From: an uncultured Veillonellaceae bacterium
Lineage (GTDB): Bacteria > Bacillota > Negativicutes > Selenomonadales > Selenomonadaceae
Reading direction: 5' to 3'
Assembly (NCBI GenBank): GCA_900318215.1
Contig: ONJV01000023.1
Span: 1 to 40,492, forward strand
Length of the DNA stretch: 40,492 nt
Shown here in pieces: positions 24,397-33,346 of this stretch (its first letter is position 1; each line of letters begins with the position of its first letter). The notes under the pieces were generated by a model. It was not told the origin of the DNA. It made no database searches and worked only from the letters and a program-made list of their open reading frames with translations. The position numbers and the translations under genes were made by a program.

Positions 24397-25618
24397 ATGG
24401 GGCTGCTCAAAATTATTTCTTCCCTTTTTCACGGAACAGAAAAATCGTCGGAGCTATTTGAAGCTGAAATTCCTGTGGCGCAGGAAAATACATCGCATGA
24501 TTTAATGGCAGGCCACGTTGAAGATAAAATGGCGTATGCGGATTCGAGTAGTATCGCTCCAGACGAACGACCTTTTTATCAACCAGATGAATATTACACG
24601 TTTTATTCGTATCCTGAATCGGATATAGGAAATCGAGTGGTAACCTTCGAGGACAGGAAAAAGACGTGCATTCCATCAGCTAGAGGACTTTATGTAGCGG
24701 AAATTTTGCTCTTGGATTATTGTCAAAAAGGAAAATATCCAAAACCTGAACACGGTTATCCTGGCTTCTGGTGGTTCGAGTATGGAATCCGTGATGTCGG
24801 GCATGCGATGGAATCTCTATGCAAGCGGGGATTTATTGAACTTACGCCCCTTATGCAGTCAGTCGGTAGCTTGAAGGTATCGAATCTGAAAAATTTGCTC
24901 AGAAAGTTTGGCGTGTCTGTTAGTGGGAAAAAAGCGGATTTGGTAAAACGTGTGCAAGAAAATGTTCCAGAAGACGCAGTTGCAGAAACGGGATTGACCC
25001 AGAAATACAGATTGACGGATTTGGGGCGGAAAGAGCTGGAAGAAAATGCCTATGTTCCCTATATGCATCATGTGCCGAACAAGACGACGGAAGATGGGCC
25101 GGAAGATGAACAGTTTAACGTGTGGATTATAAACAAAAAACTGCATGAAGAAAAGAGGACAGACTGGGAAAACCTTGTTGACGAAATTGAAGAAGAAAGG
25201 AAACGAAAATCAGATGAAAAATACGAAGCATCCCTGGAGCTGTTGAAAAAAATCGATTCCCAATTATATAAAAAATTGAAGGCGCAAAATGAACAGATTG
25301 AACTGATTCGAAAAAAAGAAGAGGAATATCAAGAGGACGAGGATGCCCTTATTGCTTTCTGGGAATCAAGAGGACGAGGATGCCCTTATTGCTTTCTGGG
25401 AAGGAATCTGGAAACATGGAGGATTGAATTTTGAAGGAGCTTATTGGCTTTTTCGTTTGCCAGACCTTTATCTGAAACAAGGGCGATTAGATGAAGCACT
25501 AAAGTTGTGCAAGCAAATAAAAGAGCAAAAGAAAAATTATGCATACAAAGCGGAAGATTATATTGAACGCATCGACGCGATAAAAAAGGAAAAATTTGAG
25601 AAAGGGACGAAAAAATGA
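24397..25618 (+). pseudogene. SAP-domain / TPR-like protein, frameshifted by a 37-bp tandem duplication
   Basis: SAP motif LKVSNLKNLLRKFGVSVSGKKADLVKRV; removing one 37-bp copy gives a single 1185-nt ORF (394 aa). Confidence 0.8.
25328..25401. repeat. Perfect 37-bp tandem duplication
   Basis: ATCAAGAGGACGAGGATGCCCTTATTGCTTTCTGGGA at 25328-25364 and 25365-25401. Confidence 0.95.
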
Positions 25619-26298
25619 GTCATCAGCATATCCTTCGCGTGACGGGAAAAGGGCAGTTGAATCTTGTGCCTGACCAGGTGCGCCTTTCATTGGAAATCGA
25701 GGGAACCTGCCCGGAATATCTTGATGCGGTGGAAACGGCATCGAAGAAAACGAAACAGCTGCAGGAAATCTTGAAAAAGCTTGGCTTTTCCAAGACGGAT
25801 TTGAAGACGACAGCATTCAACGTATCACCAGATTATGAACGATATGAAGTGTGGGATGACGAACGGGCGGAAAAGAAATGGGAAAGTCGGTTGGAGGGGT
25901 ACGAATACCGGCAGACGATGAAGCTGGAGTTTGATCGCGACAATGAGCGCATGGGAAAAATTCTTTATGCATTGGCACACTCTTCTGCTCATCCGGAAAT
26001 CCGTATCAGCTATACAATCAAGGATCAAGAAGCAGCGAAGAACAATCTCTTAGCAAAAGCGGTAGTTGACGCAAAATCGAAGGCCGTCATCCTGGCAAAA
26101 GCGGCGAATGTTGAACTGTTGGGAATTCAGAGCATGGATTATTCTTGGGGGAAGATGGAATTTGAAGTAACGCCGTACGATGGTGCTGCCATGATGGCAC
26201 CACCCATGGCTGCTCCCTCGGAAAGCTTTGATTACGATATCGAGCCGGATGATATTCATGTGGAAGATACGGTGACGGTCATTTGGGAGATTTCTTGA
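25615..26298 (+). CDS. SIMPL (DUF541) domain protein, no signal peptide
   Basis: LRVTGKG...PDQ, AVVDAKSKA..LAKA, V.DTVTVIWEI. Confidence 0.85.
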   Translation: MSHQHILRVTGKGQLNLVPDQVRLSLEIEGTCPEYLDAVETASKKTKQLQEILKKLGFSKTDLKTTAFNVSPDYERYEVWDDERAEKKWESRLEGYEYRQTMKLEFDRDNERMGKILYALAHSSAHPEIRISYTIKDQEAAKNNLLAKAVVDAKSKAVILAKAANVELLGIQSMDYSWGKMEFEVTPYDGAAMMAPPMAAPSESFDYDIEPDDIHVEDTVTVIWEIS

Positions 26299-26365
26299 AA
26301 TACATAAGGACGGAAATGGTGGGGACGGCCTTATCGTCCATGTCGAGTTTTGGGAGGTGGAGCAT

Positions 26366-26743
26366 ATGAAGAAATTCATCATTATCTTGGTAAGTGCCAT
26401 CTTTTTCTTGGGGCTCGGAAGCGGAAAGACGATGGCAGCTGATTATTATGCTGGAACGTATGCAAGCGGGCTGCATGCGTATGTGATGACGGAGACCGTT
26501 GTGATGGGCGTGCCTGGTTTTCGGAGATTTGATGTGACTGTGAAAGCCGTGGACAATCAAGGCAATCTCGTATCACATCTAAATTATCATTTTTGGAATG
26601 ATCCCGGCGAACCTGTCCGCTTCCGTAATTCCGAAGGGTATAGTGGCATCGTGAGCCCATCTGAAACGCCGGTAGAACAAAATATTTGGAATATCGCAGA
26701 ACCAATTTCGTCGGCGATGTGGCAGAGGCAATTAGGGCTTTGA
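26366..26743 (+). CDS. Hypothetical secreted protein
   Basis: Signal peptide MKKFIIILVSAIFFLGLGSGKTMA; RBS GGAGGTG. Confidence 0.72.
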   Translation: MKKFIIILVSAIFFLGLGSGKTMAADYYAGTYASGLHAYVMTETVVMGVPGFRRFDVTVKAVDNQGNLVSHLNYHFWNDPGEPVRFRNSEGYSGIVSPSETPVEQNIWNIAEPISSAMWQRQLGL

Positions 26744-26780
26744 CAGCGTGGCGTATCAAAAAGCAGGGAGGAACCGTATC

Positions 26781-27242
26781 ATGAAAATCGCTATGGCAAA
26801 CGACCATGCCGGGACGGCACTGAAGAACGCCATCAAGGCTTATCTCGAATCCGAAGGGCATGAGGTCAAGGATTTCGGCACGTATGATGAGGAAAGCTGC
26901 GACCTGTCGGATTTCGTCTATCCCGCGGCACTCGCCGTTGCGAAAGGGGAATGCGACCGCGGCGTGTTCGTCGATGGCGTCGGGTATGGCAGCGCGATGA
27001 TTGCGAACAAGCTGAACGGCATCTACGCCGTTGTCTGCCAGGATCCGTTCTGCGCACAGCTGGCCCGCCAGCACAATGACAGCAACGTCCTCTGCCTCGG
27101 CGGCAAGATCATCGGCGGGGCGATTGCGATGGAGATTGTCAAGACGTGGATGCACACGGATCCTTTGACGGCCGAGAAATACCAGCGCCGCATCCAAAAG
27201 GTGCAGGCCATCAACGACAAGCACTGCGTGCCGGTGAAGTAA
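26781..27242 (+). CDS. rpiB: Ribose-5-phosphate isomerase B (RpiB/LacA/LacB family)
   Basis: MKIAMANDHAG, DFGT, ANK, ARQHNDSNVLCLG; the usual catalytic CGTG reads DGVG here, so the substrate may differ. Confidence 0.8.
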   Translation: MKIAMANDHAGTALKNAIKAYLESEGHEVKDFGTYDEESCDLSDFVYPAALAVAKGECDRGVFVDGVGYGSAMIANKLNGIYAVVCQDPFCAQLARQHNDSNVLCLGGKIIGGAIAMEIVKTWMHTDPLTAEKYQRRIQKVQAINDKHCVPVK

Positions 27243-27268
27243 CCCCGAAAATTTCATACTGCGAAACG

Positions 27269-27306
27269 AGAAACAGGACATGCGGGCTCTGCATGTCCTG
27301 TTTCTT
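27269..27306 (+). terminator. Terminator after rpiB
   Basis: AGAAACAGGACATGC...GCATGTCCTGTTTCT. Confidence 0.7.
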
Positions 27307-27366
27307 GTACTATAATGGGAAATAATGAAGAATGATAGGAAATATTTTTAGGAGGCGCAGCAAAGA

Positions 27367-29079
27367 ATGGGTTGGTTGAAGAATCTCCGCGTGTCGTACA
27401 AGGTGGTCTGTCTGATCATCGTTGCCGTCTTGTCGCTCGGTTTTGTCGGGTGGACAGGCGTGTCGTATTTGAACGGCGTGCAGACAGCGATGAATGATAT
27501 GGCGAACCGTCACATGAAGGCCGTGCAGCTCCTCGGCGACTGCTCGATCACGGTGCGCGCGATGCAGGCGCGCATCCTCGAGACGGCGGGCGTCGAAGAC
27601 CGTGCGCAGATTGAGAAAAACAAGAAGGACATCCATGACTACATGGACGTCTATGAAAAGGACTGGCAGGAGTACCAGGCGCTCGGCATGCATGCGGAAA
27701 AGGAGGAAGAGGTCGCCGGCCATTGGCAGGCGTTCAAGACCCAGACGGACAAGATGCTCGACCTCTGCCTCGCGGGCAACCAGAAAGGCGCGCTCGACAT
27801 CTACAACCACGACGGCATCATGGCAATCATCGCGTGGGATGACACGATGCGCCCGATGCGCGAGGGCATCCAGCAGGAGGCCGCCGACCTCAATGAAGCA
27901 AACTCCGAAAGCGTCGCGAGCGCGGTGAAGGGCATGCTGCTGACGGCGTTCGTCGCGCTCGTCGTGCTCGGCCTGCTCGCGTGGGCTGTCACGCAGTCCA
28001 TCGTGAAGCCGCTCGGCAAGATGATGGCGGATTGCAAGCGTCTCGGCGATGGCGATTTCCGCGACGAAGGCGTGCATACGGACGAGGATCGCGCGGACGA
28101 GTTCGGCGCGATGGCAAGGGAAATCGCCGACATGCGCACGCATCTCGGCCAAATGTTCCAGAAGACGAGCGCGTCGGCCGAGCATATCGCGGCGGCGTCC
28201 GAGGAGCTCACGGCGAGCTCGCAGCAGTCGGCGCAGGCGTCGACGCAGGTCGCGCAGTCTGTCCAGCAGGCATCGGATGCGGTCGTGAACCAGCAGAAAG
28301 GCATCGATGTCAGCACGCAGTCGGTCGGAAATGTCTCGGAGACGGTGCAGAAGCTGCAGGGCGAGGCCGACAAGGTCGCGGAGCACGCGGCGGCGGCGTT
28401 CGAGCAGGCGGCCGCCGGCGGCAAGGCCATCGCGGCATCCGTCGAGCAGATCAAGAGCGTCGAGGCGACGGTCGGCGATTCGACGGCCATCGTCGATCAG
28501 CTCGGCGCGCGCTCGCAGGAAATCGGCCAGATTGTCGAGACCATCTCGGGCATCGCGGAGCAGACGAACCTCCTCGCGCTGAATGCAGCCATCGAGGCGG
28601 CGCGTGCCGGCGAGCAAGGACGCGGTTTCTCCGTCGTCGCAGACGAAGTCCGTAAGCTCGCCGAGGAGTCGGCCGAGGCCGCGCAGCAGATCGAGACGCT
28701 GATCCAGGGCATCCAGAGCGATACGAGCCGCGCCGTCTCGTCCATGCAGGCCGGGAGCACGGCTGTCGCCGAGGGCGCGAAGAGCGTCGAGGGACTGCGC
28801 GAGACGTTCCAAGGCATCCAGGGCTACGTCAACAGCGTCTCGCAGGAAGTCCGCCAGATGGCGCAGGCCATGCGCGATGCCGCCGACGCCGCGAATGGCA
28901 TCTCCGGCAGCATCCAGGAGATTGACGCGCAGGGCGCGACGGTTGCGAGCGAGATGGAGAACGTCTCGGCTGCGACGGAAGAGCAGTCTGCTTCCGCCTC
29001 CGAGATCGCAGGCGCCAGCGATTCCCTCGCCAAGCTCGCGCAGGACTTGCAGGGGACGCTGCAGAAGTTCCGGTTCTGA
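27367..29079 (+). CDS. Methyl-accepting chemotaxis protein (4HB sensor, HAMP)
   Basis: Two TMs; [38 protein letters not shown]. Confidence 0.96.
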   Translation: MGWLKNLRVSYKVVCLIIVAVLSLGFVGWTGVSYLNGVQTAMNDMANRHMKAVQLLGDCSITVRAMQARILETAGVEDRAQIEKNKKDIHDYMDVYEKDWQEYQALGMHAEKEEEVAGHWQAFKTQTDKMLDLCLAGNQKGALDIYNHDGIMAIIAWDDTMRPMREGIQQEAADLNEANSESVASAVKGMLLTAFVALVVLGLLAWAVTQSIVKPLGKMMADCKRLGDGDFRDEGVHTDEDRADEFGAMAREIADMRTHLGQMFQKTSASAEHIAAASEELTASSQQSAQASTQVAQSVQQASDAVVNQQKGIDVSTQSVGNVSETVQKLQGEADKVAEHAAAAFEQAAAGGKAIAASVEQIKSVEATVGDSTAIVDQLGARSQEIGQIVETISGIAEQTNLLALNAAIEAARAGEQGRGFSVVADEVRKLAEESAEAAQQIETLIQGIQSDTSRAVSSMQAGSTAVAEGAKSVEGLRETFQGIQGYVNSVSQEVRQMAQAMRDAADAANGISGSIQEIDAQGATVASEMENVSAATEEQSASASEIAGASDSLAKLAQDLQGTLQKFRF

Positions 29080-29088
29080 TAGAAATAT

Positions 29089-29137
29089 AAAAAGCGGCCT
29101 TCGCCCATGCAGGAATGCATGGCGGAGGCCGTTTTTT
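29089..29137. terminator. Bidirectional terminator
   Basis: AAAAAGCGGCCTTCGCC...GGCGGAGGCCGTTTTTT between convergent genes. Confidence 0.75.
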
Positions 29138-29154
29138 CGTAGCTTTTCCGGATG

Positions 29155-29397
29155 TCAGAGATACTGGTACAGCAGGATGGCGATGACGCCGGGGATGCCG
29201 AAGATGCCGGCAATCAGGGCGCGGAGGATGTCGATGGGGACGTTCGCGCCGAAGAGGTTGACGACCCAGAGCATGATGGCGCCGATGATGCTGTTCGTGA
29301 TGAATTTCCAGAACAGATGAATCGGCAGCGCGACGAGCTTCATGATGAGCGCGAGGATGATGATGCCGATGGCGACGCCGATGACGGTTTCAAACAT
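29155..29397 (-). CDS. bofA: BofA family small membrane protein
   Basis: NSIIG...VNLFG...IAGIFGIPGV; position after recR matches Firmicutes synteny. Confidence 0.75.
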   Translation of the reverse strand: MFETVIGVAIGIIILALIMKLVALPIHLFWKFITNSIIGAIMLWVVNLFGANVPIDILRALIAGIFGIPGVIAILLYQYL

Positions 29398-29994
29398 TTA
29401 GATTTCCCTCCGATTTTCCATAGCCTTGGCGAGCGTGACTTCGTCCGCGTATTCGAGGTCGCCGCCAATGGGCAGGCCGTGGGCGATGCGCGTGACTTTG
29501 AGGCCCGCGGGCTTCAGGAGCTTTGCGAGGTACATGGCGGTCGCCTCGCCTTCGACGGTCGGGTTTGTGGCCATGATGACTTCTTTGACGGTGTCGTCGT
29601 AGAGGCGCGCGAAGAGTTCCTTGATGCGCAGGTCGTCGGGGCCGACGCCTTCGAGCGGCGAGAGCGCGCCGTGCAGGACGTGGTAGACGCCGTTAAATTC
29701 GTGCATGCGCTCCATCGCGGCGACGTCCTGCGGCTGCTCGACGACGCAGATGACGCTGTGGTCGCGCTTTTCCGACGCGCAGATGGCACAGGGGTTCTGG
29801 TCGCTGAGGTTCCAGCAGGTGTTGCAGCAGCCGATTTTTTCTTTGGCTTCGAGGATGGCGTTTGCAAGCGCCCGGGCATCGGCGGGCGGCATGTCGAGCA
29901 CGTGATACGCCAAACGCACTGCCGTTTTCTGGCCAATGCCCGGCAGTGCGCGAAAGTGTTCGATGAGTTTCTGGAGGGGTGCGATGTACTGCAT
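29398..29994 (-). CDS. recR: Recombination mediator RecR
   Basis: [10 protein letters not shown]4 zinc finger, [30 protein letters not shown]. Confidence 0.97.
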   Translation of the reverse strand: MQYIAPLQKLIEHFRALPGIGQKTAVRLAYHVLDMPPADARALANAILEAKEKIGCCNTCWNLSDQNPCAICASEKRDHSVICVVEQPQDVAAMERMHEFNGVYHVLHGALSPLEGVGPDDLRIKELFARLYDDTVKEVIMATNPTVEGEATAMYLAKLLKPAGLKVTRIAHGLPIGGDLEYADEVTLAKAMENRREI

Positions 29995-30329
29995 CAGATC
30001 ATTCCCGGCGGCAGGCCGAGGCCGCTCGCGAGCTTGCCCATCTCGGTCTTCATCATGTCGTCGACCTTGCGCGTCGCTTCGTTGAAAGCGGCGGTCAGGA
30101 GGTCCTGCAGCATCTCGACGTCTTCAGGATCGACAGCGGCCGGGTCGAGCGTGAGGCTCTGCACCTGCTTCTCGCCGTCCATGACGATTTTGACGGCGCC
30201 GCCGCCAGCCGTGACGTCGACGGTCTTGCGCTTGAGCTCGTCCTGCATCTTCTTCATTTCGTTCTGCATTTTCTGGACGCGCTTCATCATGCCGGCCATG
30301 TTGCCCATGTTGCCCATTCCACCAAACAT
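29994..30329 (-). CDS. ybaB: YbaB/EbfC nucleoid-associated protein
   Basis: [27 protein letters not shown]; located between dnaX and recR. Confidence 0.95.
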   Translation of the reverse strand: MFGGMGNMGNMAGMMKRVQKMQNEMKKMQDELKRKTVDVTAGGGAVKIVMDGEKQVQSLTLDPAAVDPEDVEMLQDLLTAAFNEATRKVDDMMKTEMGKLASGLGLPPGMI

Positions 30330-30411
30330 ATGTGTGTTCTCCTCTCGGTTTTTGATTGAAGATTTCTTTCTTTAGAGTAGCAGAAAATGGGGCCTCCGTC
30401 AATTCGCAGCC

Positions 30412-32310
30412 TCATTCTTCTTCTGGCGGCGGCGGGGCGTCGGCATCGCTGATGGGCGGCGGGGGCTCGATGATGTCGCCGCCTAAGATGTCGATGGCGT
30501 TCTGGAGGTTCTTCTGCTGTTCGGGCGGCAGGGCGTCCATGTCGACGTCGGCCGGATGTTCTTCGTAGGGGAGTGGCGGCTTTTCGGGCTTTGCGGGTTT
30601 TGGCGGTGCGGGCGGCGGTGGCGGTGCGGCTGCTGCCGTGCAGACGAGCTGCATCTCGTGGCCGAAAAGACCGGCGAGCACTTGCTCGACCTGCGTGCGG
30701 TAGATGCGCATCGTGAGCTGGGCGAGCATGTCGGTCGGGAAGGTCAGATAGCAGCGGCCGCCGGAAAAACCGGAGAACGCCGCTTGCTGGAGGCAGGCGA
30801 CGGTCGACATGCGGCTCTGGTCGCGGAACGTTTGGACGACTTTCTGCCAGAGGAGCTGGTCGTCCTCGGAAATCGCGAGGTTCGGCGCAGGCGTGCCTGC
30901 AGCCGGACGGGGGACAGATGGCGTAGCATTTGCAGCGGCTGAGGTGCTGGCATCCTGCGGGCCTGCGGTTGGAGCAGCTGCTTGCGGCGCGCTGGCCGCA
31001 GGCGCGGCGGTTCCTGCGGACGGTGCCGGTCTTGCGGCCAGCTGCGCCGCGAGCTGTGCGATTTTTGCTTCGAGCTGAGAGAAGCGGGCGTCGTCGGCGG
31101 AGGCCTTCGTGCCGTCCGCGCGAAGCGTGCCGTTGGCGGGGAACATGCCGTCAAACTTTGCAGCACCACGCTCGGGAACGGCCGACTTCCCCTGGGCGGT
31201 GTTTCTGCCGAACGTTACGCCGCCGAGTTCCCCTTTGCAGAGCGCGAGCAGGGCAATTTCGACCGTGATGCGCGGCTGCGGCGACCAGCGCAGTTCCTGC
31301 GTCGTCTCATGGAGCCGCGCCAGCATCTGCATGATGGTTTCGCCCGGCCAGAACGCTGCCTGCTTTTTCAGCACGTCCTCAGGCTCGGCGTAGAGGTCGA
31401 GCCCCTCGACCGTGCCAGCTGCCTGATAAATCATGAGGCTCCGCAGATGCAGTTCGAGTTCGGCGACAATCTGCCGCAGGTCCTTGCCGTCGCGCAGGAG
31501 CTCGGCGACGAGGTTCAGCACGTCCTGTGCCTTGCCCGCCGCGAGCGCCTCCGTCATGCGGTAGATCCAGCTGTGGCCGACGAGGCCGAGCATCTCCTGC
31601 ACCTGCGCCTCCGTCACGCGGCCGTCCGAAAGCGAGATGCACTGGTCGAGAATCGAGAGCGCGTCGCGCAGGCCGCCGTCTGCTTGGAGCGCGATGAGCT
31701 CGAGCGCCTTGTCGTCGGCTTCGGTCTTCATCTCGTCGCAGATGTAGCGCAGGCGTCCCTGGATTTCGCCGACCGTGATGCGGCGGAAGTCAAAGCGCTG
31801 GCAGCGCGACTGGATGGTCGGCGGCACTTTGTGCGCCTCCGTCGTCGCGAGGATGAAGACGACATGCACGGGCGGCTCTTCGAGTGTCTTGAGTAGGGCA
31901 TTGAACGCCTCGGCCGTCAGCATGTGTACCTCGTCGATGATGTAGACCTTGTAGCGGCCTTCGGCGGGGGCAAACTTCACCGTCTCGCGCAGGCCGCGGA
32001 TCTCGTCGATGCCGCGGTTCGATGCCGCGTCGATTTCAAAAACATCCATGGCCGAGCCGTCCATGATGCGCTGGCAGCTCTCGCACTGGCCGCACGGGTC
32101 AGGCGTCGGGCCCTCCTTGCAGTTCAGCGCCATCGCAAGGATTTTTGCCGTGCTCGTCTTGCCCGTGCCGCGCGGGCCGGAGAAAAGATAGGCGTGGCCG
32201 ATGCGCCCCGATGTGATGGCCTGCGAGAGCGTGCGCGAGATATGGTCCTGCCCGACGAGGTCGCGGAACGTGTGCGGCCGCCATTTACGATAGAGTGCGA
32301 TGTACGCCAT
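30412..32310 (-). CDS. dnaX: DNA polymerase III subunit gamma/tau
   Basis: ALYRKWRP, GPRGTGKTS, EIDAASN, IIDEVHML, SRCQRFDF; Pro/Ala-rich C-terminal linker. Confidence 0.97.
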   Translation of the reverse strand: MAYIALYRKWRPHTFRDLVGQDHISRTLSQAITSGRIGHAYLFSGPRGTGKTSTAKILAMALNCKEGPTPDPCGQCESCQRIMDGSAMDVFEIDAASNRGIDEIRGLRETVKFAPAEGRYKVYIIDEVHMLTAEAFNALLKTLEEPPVHVVFILATTEAHKVPPTIQSRCQRFDFRRITVGEIQGRLRYICDEMKTEADDKALELIALQADGGLRDALSILDQCISLSDGRVTEAQVQEMLGLVGHSWIYRMTEALAAGKAQDVLNLVAELLRDGKDLRQIVAELELHLRSLMIYQAAGTVEGLDLYAEPEDVLKKQAAFWPGETIMQMLARLHETTQELRWSPQPRITVEIALLALCKGELGGVTFGRNTAQGKSAVPERGAAKFDGMFPANGTLRADGTKASADDARFSQLEAKIAQLAAQLAARPAPSAGTAAPAASAPQAAAPTAGPQDASTSAAANATPSVPRPAAGTPAPNLAISEDDQLLWQKVVQTFRDQSRMSTVACLQQAAFSGFSGGRCYLTFPTDMLAQLTMRIYRTQVEQVLAGLFGHEMQLVCTAAAAPPPPPAPPKPAKPEKPPLPYEEHPADVDMDALPPEQQKNLQNAIDILGGDIIEPPPPISDADAPPPPEEE

Positions 32311-32341
32311 GATGCGTGTCCTTTCTCTTTTCTATAGATAG

Positions 32342-32377
32342 AAAAAGAAGCCGTTGCAGAAACGATTGCAACGGCCT
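32342..32377 (-). terminator. Terminator after the SRP RNA
   Basis: Minus strand GGCCGTTGCA...TGCAACGGCTTCTTTTT. Confidence 0.75.
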
Positions 32378-32385
32378 CCTTTGCT

Positions 32386-32533
32386 TTCCTTTGAAACGAC
32401 GGGCCACAGCCTCCAGGCACCCTCGCGGCACATGACGTATCTCTCTTAACGCTGCTTCCTTCCGGACCTGACGTGGTTCGTGAGGCGCCATTGCGCGAGA
32501 CCCGGACGCTGCGGTCCGACCTTTCAAAGGAAC
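32386..32533 (-). ncRNA. ffs: Signal recognition particle RNA
   Basis: Helix-8 motif GTCAGGTCCGGAAGGAAGCAGC; terminal stem TTCCTTTGAAA/TTTCAAAGGAA; promoter TTGACG-17nt-TAGAAT (32569-32541); upstream of dnaX. Confidence 0.93.
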
Positions 32534-32593
32534 GTACAATATTCTACCATGTTTCATGCAGGGCGTCAACGGCGAAGCCTTTGAAAATATTTT

Positions 32594-32654
32594 CGTCAAA
32601 AAGTCAAATTTTTCTTTTTGACCTATTGACTTTTTGACCAAAGAGCGGTACGAT
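32594..32654 (+). promoter_or_regulatory. hsp20 promoter with CtsR-like GTCAA repeats
   Basis: TTGACT(32626)-17nt-TACGAT; TTGACC-TA-TTGACT-TT-TTGACC plus upstream GTCAAAAAGTCAAA. Confidence 0.6.
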
Positions 32655-32776
32655 ATAGATGTCAAGAGGAAAGGGGCACGGAAGAGAGAACCGGAGCCCC
32701 GGGACCTCGAAAGATTTGTCAAAGCCGCCGCCCCGCAGATGCGGATGCGACGAGATGTTGAAAGGGGATTTTGATC

Positions 32777-33220
32777 ATGTTTGGTTTGGTTCCGTTTGCT
32801 ATGCGTAACGATGTTGATACGATGGACAATGTGTTCGACCGTATGATGAATGTTTTCGATGAGCCGTTCATGTCGGGATTCCATACGCCGGAGTTCAAGG
32901 TCGATGTCAAGGACAACGGCGACAGCTACGACCTCACCGCAGAGCTGCCGGGCTTCCAGAAAGGCAACATCACACTGACGTACAAGGACAACTACCTGAC
33001 AATCGGTGCGAAGAACGAGACGAGCAGCGATGAGAAGGACGAGGCGGGCAATTACGTCCGCCGCGAGCGCAGCCAGAGCAGCGTGAGCCGCTCGTTCTAC
33101 ATCGACGGCATTGACGATTCGAAAGCCACGGCGGACTACAAGGACGGCATCCTCTCCATCCACATGCCGAAGACCGTCCAGGCGGAAGACACCGGTCATA
33201 CGATTGCCATCGAGGGCTGA
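32777..33220 (+). CDS. Small heat shock protein (Hsp20/alpha-crystallin)
   Basis: KVDVKD...AELPG...YVRRER...RSF...ADYKDGILSIHMPK. Confidence 0.94.
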   Translation: MFGLVPFAMRNDVDTMDNVFDRMMNVFDEPFMSGFHTPEFKVDVKDNGDSYDLTAELPGFQKGNITLTYKDNYLTIGAKNETSSDEKDEAGNYVRRERSQSSVSRSFYIDGIDDSKATADYKDGILSIHMPKTVQAEDTGHTIAIEG

Positions 33221-33279
33221 TGGTCGCGGCCTCGGCCGTCGCGATGAAAACGCCAGAAATACTACAACCTCATCACATG

Positions 33280-33331
33280 AAAAGCCGGGCGGCTGCATCC
33301 TGCAACATCGGGATGCAGCCGCCCGGCTTCT
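33280..33331. terminator. Bidirectional terminator between hsp20 and mqnA
   Basis: AAGCCGGGCGGCTGCATCC...GGATGCAGCCGCCCGGCTT. Confidence 0.75.
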
Positions 33332-33346
33332 ATATGATAGGAACGT

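Noticed and set aside
25328-25401. 37-bp repeat as a CRISPR remnant
   Set aside because: No spacer, it lies within coding sequence, and there are no cas genes nearby
30412-31250. Pro/Ala-rich low-complexity dnaX tail, or a gamma/tau frameshift site
   Set aside because: Such linkers are normal for tau, and I saw no A-AAA-AAG slippery site or long A run
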